A stretch of DNA of 64,000 nucleotides from Paraspadella gotoi (lineage: Eukaryota > Animalia > Chaetognatha): NCBI GenBank assembly GCA_051294375.1, contig CM119268.1, forward strand, positions 10,974,507 through 11,038,506. The letters run 5' to 3'. The notes under the pieces are model-generated. The model was not told the origin of the DNA and ran no database searches. It saw nothing but the letters and a program-made list of their open reading frames with translations. A program made the translations under genes and the position numbers. Below are positions 39,496 to 51,259 of the stretch, piece by piece. How positions within the stretch are numbered: the first letter of the stretch is position 1; each line of letters opens with the position of its first letter.

Positions 39496-41207
39496 CAAAA
39501 AAAAACTTGTTTTTTTATCCTCCACCGTTTTCGCCCTTTTGTGTTTTTTTTTTTTCCAAGTCGATTAGCGAACGAGAAAGCGATTACTTAAAGTGGAGCC
39601 AATCATTTTCTTTTTTTAAATCCGCGATTTTCCTCGATTCATCGGCTTCGCGACAAAACTGGTTCTCAGATTCGCCGAAAAGCAAAAAGTGTGGTTTTTT
39701 TTTCGTCAAAGATATGATAAGCAAAATCCAAGTAAATAAAGTAATAAAAGTAATCGTCATAAAAATCTAAACATCGATATAACGTTTTCTTCATTGCTTT
39801 CGCAATTTGTACTTGGTGTGGAAGTAGTGGTTTCCGACCTAACCATATTCAGTTTATTCACACGATTACATTTTCATTGAATTATATGGAATAAACAGCT
39901 TGAGCATCGTTACGGACAATTTTATCTCCGGTTTCTAAAAAAAGGGTAGGGTGAGGCGAGGTTGCGAAATTAATCGGTCGATGACGATGCGGAGAAAATC
40001 CTTCCTAAAACTAATCAAGGTGTGGATTCCACACCTTGGAAGCGGTAGCGGTCTAAGCGACGGAGGTGTCGGTGGCGGCGTCGGCGACGGCGTCGCTGCC
40101 ACGAAATCGGGTCGTTATGGAATAAACCGAGTGGAAAGGAGATGCTTATTCCTCTGGGTCTTTGTTGTCCCGACGGCGTCGGCGAGGGATGACGCTTTGC
40201 CCTTCCCAGTTCCATTGTTCCGTCGACGAAGCATTCCGTGCATCGCGGGAGTACGCGCGGGAATTCGAAAGTTTCGTTGACCGTATTCGTCAATTAATGA
40301 CTAGTCCTTCTTACTTTTGAACGGGAAACGGGAATCGTAAGGAGGGAAAAGACGGCGATGAAGTCAACGACGACAAAGACGACGGAACGTACCGGTTATC
40401 ATTATATTGTGGAGGTATATTCACACCACATCACGTCGACGATTGTTCGGCCAATACGATTGGCTCAGTGGGGAAACACACCATGCCAGGCGTAGTGTTC
40501 CATCCAGAGTTCTAACGACTTCCCTCTGCGTTGACAAAGCGCCACCGTCCCAGGGTAACCGCGCCAGTGACTGGATGGGTCATTGAGGGTCGGAACCCCC
40601 TAAGACATCAGTAAGATGCCCCTTCCCAATGGGCATCACGGGAACCCGTCTGTTGCCATAATATGATAGAAGATTGATTGTCACCAAATCGTCATCGTTT
40701 TTACTCAGAAACGAAAACTGGAATTGTCTTTTTTTTTTTTTGGCGACTTGGGATTTTGTATAATAACGTTGAAAATCAAACTAGGATGGGTTCATCATTT
40801 AAAGTTTAAATTCCAATCATATTGATTCTGATTTATAGACAGTTATAGAAATGCGATTATGTGTATGTATTACCAGAAAATAGCAACTAATGTAATTTAA
40901 TACTTGATTGACTGAATTCTTGGCAAGTACGTGATTAAGTATGAAATATTTGTGGGACGATTTTTTTCACATCTGCTTAGTTATCAACATTATTATCAAT
41001 ATTAAATCTGGACTTGCGATCTCTTGAAAAAGTCAATGAGAAATTTCTTGAATTTATTTTATTAATTCATTACAATTTTTTTTAGTCGATATACAAAAAG
41101 ATACGATATTTCTTAAACTACAGATTTTTTAAAAAAGATTTTTAGTTAATAATTTGTAATGTGTTCCAAATCTTTTTAATGAATTGTCTCATTACAACTG
41201 TAAAAGA

Positions 41208-42837
41208 CTAAAAGACGGCAATTGTAAGGGTTCTCGCGAACTTAAGCTCATCCTTAAAAAGGATACCATCTTTCCTTGGAGAATAGATAAACTGTGGGAA
41301 GGTCTTCCAAGCATTTCCCTTGTTGAACGCCCAGCTACACACTTCATCAGTCCTGATAGAAAAAAAATCATGAAAAATCTCTATTATTTCGTTAAATTTT
41401 ACATTGATGACCGATTTAAGACAATTCAAATAGCTTAAAATAAAGTTGATCGGGGATTTTTTTTTTAAAGCAAAATCCTCTTACCCAGCGACTTGTCTCA
41501 GCGGCCACGTGTGCTCCGATCAAACCTAGCTTCGTTGTCGAAACGTTTATCTATGCTATGGAAGCCCTTAAACTTGACCAGATGTCAATAGACAATTCGG
41601 ATTTCGGTTCAAACTTACATGTCTGACACCATGAAGTAACCGAAATCTACTTGGCAGCCGCCATAGTTTAGGTTGACGTAGAAATGCCTCCCGGCATCTT
41701 CTTCCCCTTTGACATCCCACTTGTTGTAACTTCTATCAACATCTACGCTGGGGCCTGCGTTGATTTGGACGATCCGCTTTCTTGAGAACCAGCTGCAGAT
41801 ATCGCTGTCTTTACCATTAAATATAATGTCGACGACGGGCGTTTTGTTGTCCCAGTCCCAAAATGTGAATCGAACCTGAAGCAGAGAATTTAACAAAGAT
41901 TTTCTCAAAAATCATTACAAAGAGGCGGCACATTTAAAGAACTACGCTAAGCATGGTAAAAATAAGTAACCTCATTATATTAAAACTTTTTTTCTTTATT
42001 TGTGGTGGAAATTACAGATCAGAAAATAAGTTGAAATTTTTTTATGTCGCAATTTCTTTTTGATAAATACATATTCGAATGACCATTTTTTAAAACATTA
42101 CTAAATATTAAATGTAATAATTATTATTCATGAAATTAGCAGGCTCATAAAAGGTTCCTTATACATTTTGAAGTAAAAATTCGGGGATAAAATCATTATC
42201 ATCCATGATTTTAAAATTATTGGCTTATTATAAATGTTAAAACATGTCTTTCTAATAGTGATTATTTACTTTTTTAATTCAAAACAAAAAAAATTCATAG
42301 TCTAAATAATAATTAAACGTTAGGTTGTCGTAAAATAATTTGAATTCGGCGATAACCATTAGTACAGCATATATAATTTTATATATTCTTTAGAAATGTC
42401 GGGCCAGTTGATACGCGTTGAAAGGTTCATGTGTTGAATTTTTCGGCGGAAGGGCCGTGGCCACTGAATAGTCCACTAAAAATAACATATTGAACACTAT
42501 TACAAAAAAATTTGTATTTGTATGTCTCAACCTTTTTGTAGCCTTCGGCAAACATTTTTGTCCAATTGGTAAGAAAAGTTTTGTCCGTCCATCCGCCAGT
42601 GAATTCCATCCCCATATCTGAATATTTGTCCGCATCGCCGGTTACGAGCTTCGGATCCATTCCTGTTCAGAAATCGATATTAAATTTTTGTTTGAAAAGA
42701 TTTGAAAGGATGCTCCTTTCCTAACTAAACTTACCCTCGGTGAAAGCCTTTAAGACGTTAATTCCGCTGCCGACGCCGACGCGCAGCACGAGGCGCCCGT
42801 ACTCGACTAAAGCATTCGCCGAATTGCAACTGGGCAT
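41208..42837 (-). CDS. Uncharacterised 211-aa protein, 4 exons, single unnamed globular domain
   Basis: GT-AG exons 42837-42735, 42662-42532, 41875-41619, 41352-41208 join in frame (636 nt) from gccATG to a stop: MPSCNSANALVEYGRLVLRVGVGSGINVLKAFTEG...YKKVRFTFWD...IIFNGKDSDICSWFSRKRI...RHFYVNLNYGGCQVDFGYFMVSDMTDEVCSW...FPQFIYSP...FARTLTIAVF. Confidence 0.8.
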
Positions 42838-45800
42838 GGCGCCACCTTCAAAGATCAATTAGGCAGCTAGATAATGAACTCATCAGGAAAAGTGGGATGA
42901 GATCGAGATAAAATAATAATGATATTAATAATCATAGTGACTTTCAAAACTATCATCTTAGAGCTGGATAACTTGTAACATAACATATATCAGTTGAATA
43001 AATTTCATTTGGTTTTTTTTTAACATTTTTAAAAAAACTATTTACGAATACTTAATAAGTTTTTTATCCATTATAAATTCACGTATTTTACCATATTTTA
43101 ACGTCAGTACGAACAAAAATCCCAAAAAAATTTTCGAAGTCATGTTGAATATTTTTTTTTGAGTTTTTTGGACAACTTTTGAAGACCATTGGTTTGCCAA
43201 AAATGTTTAGCAATGTGGAAACGGCCTCCTTAAAAATATTTTAGAAAACATAAAAAAATAATTCTGTCATAAACTGAACTCGAAATTTCAGTTATAAAAT
43301 TTATTTTTTATTTGAAAGTCTCACGGGCCCCCTTTGGAATTCAGGCAACTTGACTCCTTTTTTTAATTTTCTTTATACAGTTACACAATTATACAATTAC
43401 AGCGAGATACGTGGTGAATGATGTGGATAATGTAGATGGATGTGATGTGATTGATGATGGGGTGGATTGGGTGGAATGTGATGGATGGATGGATGTGATA
43501 TACTGATGTGGTGGGTAAGTCATTGAAACTGAATAAATAGACGGCAGAGAGCGTGATAGATGCGTTGCTTGTGAGGTAAATGGTGGATGAAGACGTGAAC
43601 ATTCGCATGGAACAGGTCAATCCTGTTGTGGCGAGAGGAAAGTTTTTATCCTGGCTTTGTAGGTAAACTATTTTTATGTTTTGTCAAATTGAACCAAAAA
43701 ATAGAATTTACTGTAGCAATAGGCATATAGGCATATAGGCTATAACAAATATTAGATGAATTTTTTTACCGGATTAATGTTGGACATTAAAACTATATTT
43801 CAAAATTCAATTTTAAAAATTGCATTCAATTTGATTTTAAGATTTTTTTTTTATGCTCGAGCTGTATAATAAGGAGGGTAAGAATTAAAGCATTTAAAAA
43901 ATAGAGATTTCTATTATAAATTATTTTGTTCGTTGAATATATATAAATAAAATACTATAAAATTGATTTGTCTACATAAGATATCCATATCCATGGATAA
44001 AAAAAATTTATTTAGATTTATAATAAGAGATTTTGATGAAGCTCAAAAAGTTAAATGGAAGATTATTGCAAGATATTGAGATGAGGTGGTATGAATATTC
44101 GGCCACAGGATATTAATTATAAACTTTCAAAAATTCAATGATAAGTGTGTCAAAAATATAAATAATCTTTAAAAATTATCATCATCATCAGCTACATTAA
44201 ACCGGTTTTCTTAATTATTGTGATAATATTTGTCCAACTTTATGAGCTTTATCCTAATTAGATTAAAAAAATGTAAATAAAAAATAGTCATATTATACAG
44301 TATCTAATGATCTCCGTTTTCTTAACTGCCGGATTTATTTTTATTTCATAACTTTTGATAAGCATTAACATTATTGACGGGACAACTTCTAGTTTTAACC
44401 GAGTCCACCTTACCGAATAGTTTGTCACGTATAGAATAACTTTTTACGAGTGATAAGAAATTTTCATTTTCGCCGCAAATAACATATAACATATTCACTC
44501 TCACTACTTTCGGGCCACGTCGGCGTAATATCAGTGTAATATCACGCATTGTCTATTCGCGCCCTTTAAGTTTAAGTGTTCATCGTAAATGAGTAGGATG
44601 AGACCCCTAACTTCTAAGCCACTTCTTGTCGCGGATCCCAAGTTCTATCTCGCGAGCTAATAACAGGCTGTGGCAGCACGACTTAAAACTGCTTCACTGC
44701 TGTCCATCATCAGCCTCGTCTGAATACCTGAGCTTAGGAGGTTAAATCATCAGGTTTCAACCGTGCGTCCCGGTTCAGTCCTGGCTTAAATGTGACGGAG
44801 CTGGTTTAAAAAATGCTAGTGACAGGAGGCGGTCACTGAGGGTCCGCAGCCCCGGGCGCACCTGGTATCAAAGGCAATCCTTACCATTTTTATCTACATG
44901 GTGACAATTTTACAAGCGCCGGTAGAAAAACCAGTGGTTATTTCATTAATTTTAAAATTTAGTTGAGTAGAAAATATTAAAACTATTTATGTGTTAAAAT
45001 TTTATATTGATCAGTTAAGATATGCCTTGACAATGAGTGGAGAAAGTTGGCTTTTCAAATCGGGTTTCATTTTCCAGAATGTTTCAGAATCTTCATTAAA
45101 TTTCCGTCTAGTAGCTTCCTTCCATTTTTTCGTAGGGCAAATCTTTTAGAAGTTACACATTGCGATAATTCTTTATTGTCTAATAAAAATAAAATCTAAT
45201 CTTTGTTGTAAAAGACTTCGTCTTTATTTCAAACTCAAGTTAAAGTCAAAAAAAGAAAAAAAACGTATTAAGTTTTCCACCATTTTTGGTATTGAGTTAT
45301 TTGTTTTTATTTCGAATTGATTTACTTATTTTTTTTTTAATTTCGCAATTCCAAAGGCACTGTACCTTTCTTTGGTTCATAAAAGTGCCATTGAAGCTTT
45401 CAGAAAAAAATGGAAAGACGCGCAACATCGGCAGTGAGGCTGAAAAGATTCGCGTTAAAAGTATGGAAAAATATTTCATCTTTGAACTTTTTAACAATTA
45501 TGTGATATACTTTTTGCCTATTTGGCATTATATGAGTTATACAGTATTGACTTCATGATCATGTACCACGTGATCAAGTGATTTTTCAGTTATGAAACAT
45601 ATGAACTTTTCTCGCTTCGAGACGGACGTCCCTCGCGATTCGAAGAATCGATTAACGGCCGCGAGGGAGACGATGTTTGCCCGGCAGGGGTCGTGTCCAA
45701 AACCCGTCGAGATGCCGAGGCCTACGGGGCAGCCCCAGCCGGGGGCATCCTTGAAATAACCTGTCGGTTAGTGGGTATTAATGCGAGGGGCTGACCTAAC

Positions 45801-46565
45801 GAAGAACCATTCGGAGCAATTCTCCTCGGGCACTGTTTCAAGAGGGTTGTTGACTGATGAGTTGAGCGAACGACTGATCGATTGATAATCTCGCCTCCTA
45901 GATTTTTTAAAGCCCGTTCCATAGTTTTGGACACAGGCATCAGTCTGCATTTTGGTGATTTTGTTATTTCTCGTGACGGTCGAANNNNNNNNNNCACAGG
46001 CATCAGTCTGTATTTTGGTGATTTTGTTATTTCTCATGACGGTCGAATGTTACTGTTTTTAATTTAAAAAAAAAAAAGAATCAAATTCTACAATATTGTT
46101 TATTAGTATTTTATAACGTTTTGTTTTAACATGACCTCTAAGGCAACAAATCTCAGACCAAAATGAATTTGAGGTCTCTGATTTTTTACGATATATCGTC
46201 CGAAGCGCCGTGGGGGATTTTTCCGCGTGATGTCGCCTTTCCTCACGTTTCTGACAAATCGATTTCGAGATTTCAACAAGAAAACGTGGCCGTGCATCCG
46301 ACTTCTTCGACAAAGGAAAGGAGGTCACTTTTTCCATCGTCCCGGATTCCTCCGAGGTCCGACGTGTCCAGATATATCCACTCGAAAAAAAAGGCCCCGG
46401 CTCATTTTCCAACGTCTACTTTTCCCCCCCACTGTCCTTTCATTTCTTCCATTCTATTTCCTTGTCGTCTTGGCATCGCCTCCTTCAGCCCTCATTTCCG
46501 TTTTTTTTGGGGGGACCAAAGAATTGCAAAGCTCACAAATGGTCATGAAAGCCGGAAACGAATAA

Positions 46566-46569
<4 letters not shown>

Positions 46570-46623
<54 letters not shown>

Positions 46624-46815
46624 AGAGAGAGAGAGAGAGAGAGAAGAGAGAGAAGAGAGAAAGAAATTACGAATAAAAAGATTTACTTGGGGATTTAGAT
46701 TCGATTCAGAATCACGGACTAAATCCCCCGTTTTTCCCTTTTTCATCTCCAGTTTTTTGAGCTCCGCAATCCGGGAGGTAGTTTTATGATTTTGAAAGTG
46801 TTATGTATAGCTTTC

Positions 46816-46868
<53 letters not shown>

Positions 46869-46925
46869 CTTCTCATCTCTCTCTCTCTCTCCTCTCTATC
46901 TATCCTTCTCTTTTTTTCTCTCTCG
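46570..46925. repeat. Paired (GA)n (46570-46660) and (CT)n (46817-46925) microsatellites
   Basis: Directly visible; the same pair recurs in the copies at ~47620-47960 and ~60150-60530. Confidence 0.9.
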
Positions 46926-47161
46926 GGACACGCCTTTAATTTGCATAAAGATTGAGGTACTTCGAAAAGAGTGGCAAGATTCCGAAAAGACGACGTCGGA
47001 ACAAGAATCACGATGACCCAGAAGTTGCGCTCGGAAAAGTTACGAGGCAGAAGTTGCTGGCAGAAGGCTGTTGGTCGCGCGCAGAAATTGCGATACGCAT
47101 CATCAACGTTGACTCATTTCTCTCTTTCGATTTTTCNNNNNNNNNNNNNNNNNNNNNNNNN

Positions 47162-47667
47162 TTAAAAAAATCTTTGAATAATAAAAATCGGAAATGTCGT
47201 CGGCAAAAATGGAAAAAATAGGTTTTAGATGGTTAGAGGTCTTACTAGAGTTTGGTTGAGATATGAGATAAGAGAGAGAAGGAGAGAGAGAGGAGAGAGA
47301 GAGGAGAAGACGAGAGAGAGACGAGAGAGAGGAGGAGTAGAGAGAGAGAGAGACGGGACGAAGGTTGTGCTTGAATTATTTTTCGCCATCGCTGGAAAAA
47401 TCGAAAGGAGAAATGAGTCAACGTTGATTGGATTGCGTATACGCTAATTTTCTGCGCCGAGGCCAACAGCCTTTGCCAGCAACTTCTGCCTTCGTAACTT
47501 TCCGTAGCGCAACTTCTGGGTCATCGTGATTCTTGTTCGACGTCGTCCTTTTCGGAATCGTTGCCACTCTTTCGAGTACCCATCATCTTTATGCAAATTA
47601 AAGGCGTGCCGAAGAGAAAAAAGAGAAGTAGATAGAGAGAGAGAGAGAGAGAGAGATGAGAAGAGAT

Positions 47668-47698
<31 letters not shown>

Positions 47699-47897
47699 AG
47701 AGAGAGAGAGAGAGTGAAAGCATTACATACACTTTCCAAAATCATAAACTACCTCCCGATCCTGCCGGAGCTTCAAAAAACTGGATTTATGAAAACGGAA
47801 AAACGGGGGATTCTAGTCCGTGTTACTGAATCAATCTAAATCACAATAAATTTTTTATCTTAATTTCTCTCTCTTCTTCTCTTCTCCTCTCTCTCTT

Positions 47898-47931
<34 letters not shown>

Positions 47932-50777
47932 TCTCTCTCTCACTCTCTCTTCTCTCATCATGTGCGGTTCGATATCGTTCCACCCGGCCTTCATGACACA
48001 TGGTTGTGAGCTTTGCAATTCCTTTGGTCCCCAAAAAAACGCGAAATGAGGGCTGAGGAGGCGTCCAGACGACAAGGAAATAGAATGGAAGAAAAATGAA
48101 AGGACAACGTGGGGGGGAAGTAGACGTGGAATGAGGTCTCGGGCCTTTTTTTTTCGAGTGGTATCTTCTGACACGTCGGACCATCGGAGGAATCCGGGCG
48201 ATGGAAAAACAGTGAACCATCACTTTCTTGTGTCGAGAAGTCGAGACCGGCCACGTATTATTCTTGTTGAAAATACTCGAATCAGATTGTCATGAAACGT
48301 GAGGTAAAGGCGAACATCACGCGGAAAATCCCCTCCGATCGGATTCTTTGTATAGCTGCGATTCACTTAGCGGACCACTGTCCCCGACGATATATATCGT
48401 AACAAAATCGAGACCTCAAAATTACTTTTGGTCTGAGATTTGTTGCCTATTAGAGGTCATGTCTAAAACAAACCGTTACTACAAATACTGAATAAAAATA
48501 TTGGTAGAATTTGATTCTGTGTCTTTTTTTAAATTAAACAGTAAACATTTCATCCGTTGACACGAAAATATAACAAATCACCAAAATAGGCAAGCTGTGC
48601 CTTAGTGTGTCCAAAACTTGGAACGGGCTTTAAAAAATCTAGGAGGCCGAGATTATCATATCGACTCCAGTCGTCGCTTCACACTCATCAGTCAACAACC
48701 AACCTCTGAAACAGTGCCCGAGGAGAATTGCTCCGAATGGTGCTTACGTTAGGTTCACCCTGCTTAATACCACTAACCGACCAGGTTGATTCAAGGAATG
48801 CCCCGCGCTGGAGGCTGCCCTCGTAGGCCTCGCATCTCGACGGGTCTTTGGACACGCACCCCTGCCGGGCAAACATCGTACTCCCTCGACGGCGTTAATC
48901 GTTCTTTCGAATCGCGAGGACGTACCGTCTCGAAGCGAGACAAAGTTCCATATGTTTCATAACTAAAGAAAATCACATTGAATCACTAGTGAGTACAATG
49001 ATCATGAAGTCAACTACTGTATAACTCATATAATGCCACATAGGCAAAAAGTATATCACAATAATTGTTAAAAAAGTTCAAAAGAATGAAAAATTTTTCC
49101 ATACTTTTAACCCGCAGAATCTTCTCACCTCACCTGCCGATGGGCGCGTCTTTCCATTTTTTCCTGAAAGCTACAATGGCACTTTTTATGAACCAAAGAA
49201 AAGGTACAAGTGCCTTTGAATTGCGAATTAAAAAAAAATAAGTAAATCAATTCGAAAATAAAAAACAAATAACTCAAGTACCAAAAAATGGTGGAAAACT
49301 TAATACGTTTTTTTTCTTTTTTTTGACTTTAACTTGAGTTTGAATAAAGACGAAGTCTTTTACCAACAAAGATTAACATTTTATTTTTATTCAGAACAAT
49401 AAAGAAATTATCACGCAATGTGTAAACTTCTAAAGATTCATGCCCTACAAAAAAATGGAGGAAAGCTACTAGAACGGAAATTTAATCGAAGATTCTGAAA
49501 CCATTCTCGGAAAATTGAAACCCGATTTGAAAAGCCAACTTTCTCGCACCTCATTGTCAAGCCATTATCTAACTGATCAATATAAAATTTTAACACATAA
49601 ATAGTTTTAATATTCTTTCTACCTCAACCTAAATTTTAGAAATTAATGAAATAACCACTGGTTTTTCTACCCAGCTGCTTGTAAAATTGTCACCATGTAG
49701 ATAAAATATGGTAAGGATTGCCTTTGAATACCAGGTGCGCCCGGGGCTGCGGACCCTCCAGTGACCGCCTCCTGTCACTAGCAATTTTTTTAAAACCAGC
49801 TCCGTCACAATTTAAGCCAGGACTGAACCGGCGACGACGGTTGAAACCTGATGATTTAACCTCCTAAGCTCAGGTTATTCTAGACGAGGCTGATGATCTG
49901 GAACAGCAGTGAAGCAGTTTTAAGTCGTGCTGCGCGCCACAGCCTGTATTAGCTCGGGCAGAGATAGAACTTGGATCCGCGCACAAGATGTGGCTTAGAA
50001 GTTAGGGGTCTCATCTCTACCTCATCATTACGATGAACACTTAAAACTTAAAAAAGGGCGCGAATAGACAATGGCGTAGATATTAACACTGATATTACGC
50101 CGACGTGGCCCGAAAGTAGTGAGGAGTGAAATAATGTTATATGTTATTTGCGGCGAAATGAAAATTTCTTATCACTCGTAAAAAGTTACTTCTATACGTG
50201 ACAAACTATATCGGTAAGGTGGACTGCGGTTTAAAACTAGAAGTTGTCCGTCAATAATTGTTAATGCTTATCAAAAGTTATGAAATACAAAATAAATCCG
50301 GCGAGTTAAGAAAACGGAGATCATTAGATACTGTATAATTATGACTATTTTTTATTTACATTTTTTTATCTAATTAGGATAAAGCTCATAAGTTGGACAA
50401 ATATTAATCACATATAATTAAGAAAAACCGGTTTAATGTAGCTGAATGATGATGATTAATTTTAAAGATTATATTATATTTTTTGACACACTTATCATTG
50501 AATTTTTGAAAGTTTATAATTATATATCCTGTGGCCGAATATCATACCACCGATCATCTCAATATCTTGCAATAATCTTCCATTTAACTTTTTGAGCTTC
50601 ATCAACAATCTCTTATTATAAATCTAATATAAATTTTTTATCCATGGATATGGATATCTTATATGTAGACAAATCATTTTATAGTATTTTATTTATAATA
50701 TATGTCAACCGAACAAAATAATTTATAATAGAAATCTCTATTTTTTAAATGCTTTAAATTCTTAACCCTCCTTATTA
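47162..50777 (-). repeat. Inverted noisy copy of ~43867-47136 plus ~250 bp that belongs in the 25-N gap
   Basis: The end (cttaaccctccttatta, ~50761-50777) is the reverse complement of ~43867-43883. The start is the reverse complement of ~60770-61000. It begins right after the 25-N gap 47137-47161. Confidence 0.9.
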
Positions 50778-51200
50778 ATTATTCAAAAAATTTTAAATCT
50801 CAAAGATTTGCTTCATCAGAGTGGAATTTTCGTAGTTTTATTTTCTCTTTTCAAATCCAAATTGTCAAAATTGTTCTCTTATCTAAAAACGCGAAACTTG
50901 AGTTCTGAATTTAACATTTTTTTTATCCTCATCGTCATTGTTCGATTTAATTATTTATTTTATTACGTCACAGCCCCTTATTACTTGATAGACAATTAAT
51001 GAACCAATAACCTAATAAATTCAAACGCTTGTCAATTGTTAACTAAAATTGTTTACAAAACCAGTGTATTCATCTGTTATTGTCTTCCAGACGCTATTTT
51101 CTGATATTCGTTATGAAGTTACCTAATACCCGGCCGAGTTAGACTCCCTTTATAACAAATGCAGGATCAGGAAGTTGAACGGTGTTAAAGAGAAGGATAC

Positions 51201-51259
<59 letters not shown>

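Noticed and set aside
41485-41566. Cassette or poison exon inside intron 3 of the 211-aa gene
   Set aside because: Good GTAAG donor but a weak acceptor; the main model is complete without it and there is no transcript evidence.
43400-43520. PHD-finger-like fragment (DWVECDG) in a GATG-rich stretch
   Set aside because: Low-complexity sequence with an in-frame stop and the remaining Cys/His ligands missing.
44030-44116. hAT transposase-like LLQDIEMRW motif
   Set aside because: Too short, lacks the following NST residues and has no supporting flanking frame.
44600-44760. Telomerase template (CCCTAAC), hammerhead core or C/D snoRNA (CTGATGA on the minus strand)
   Set aside because: Only short motifs expected by chance; required stems, GAAA core or box spacing not found.
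45931-46047. 52-bp tandem repeat around a 10-N gap
   Set aside because: The two units differ by two substitutions and the other copies contain only one unit, so this is an overlap of contig ends or alleles.
43867-50777. Giant palindrome or foldback transposon
   Set aside because: The second arm is noisy and starts at a 25-N gap, and the copy at 57693-64000 runs straight through without it; no transposase found.
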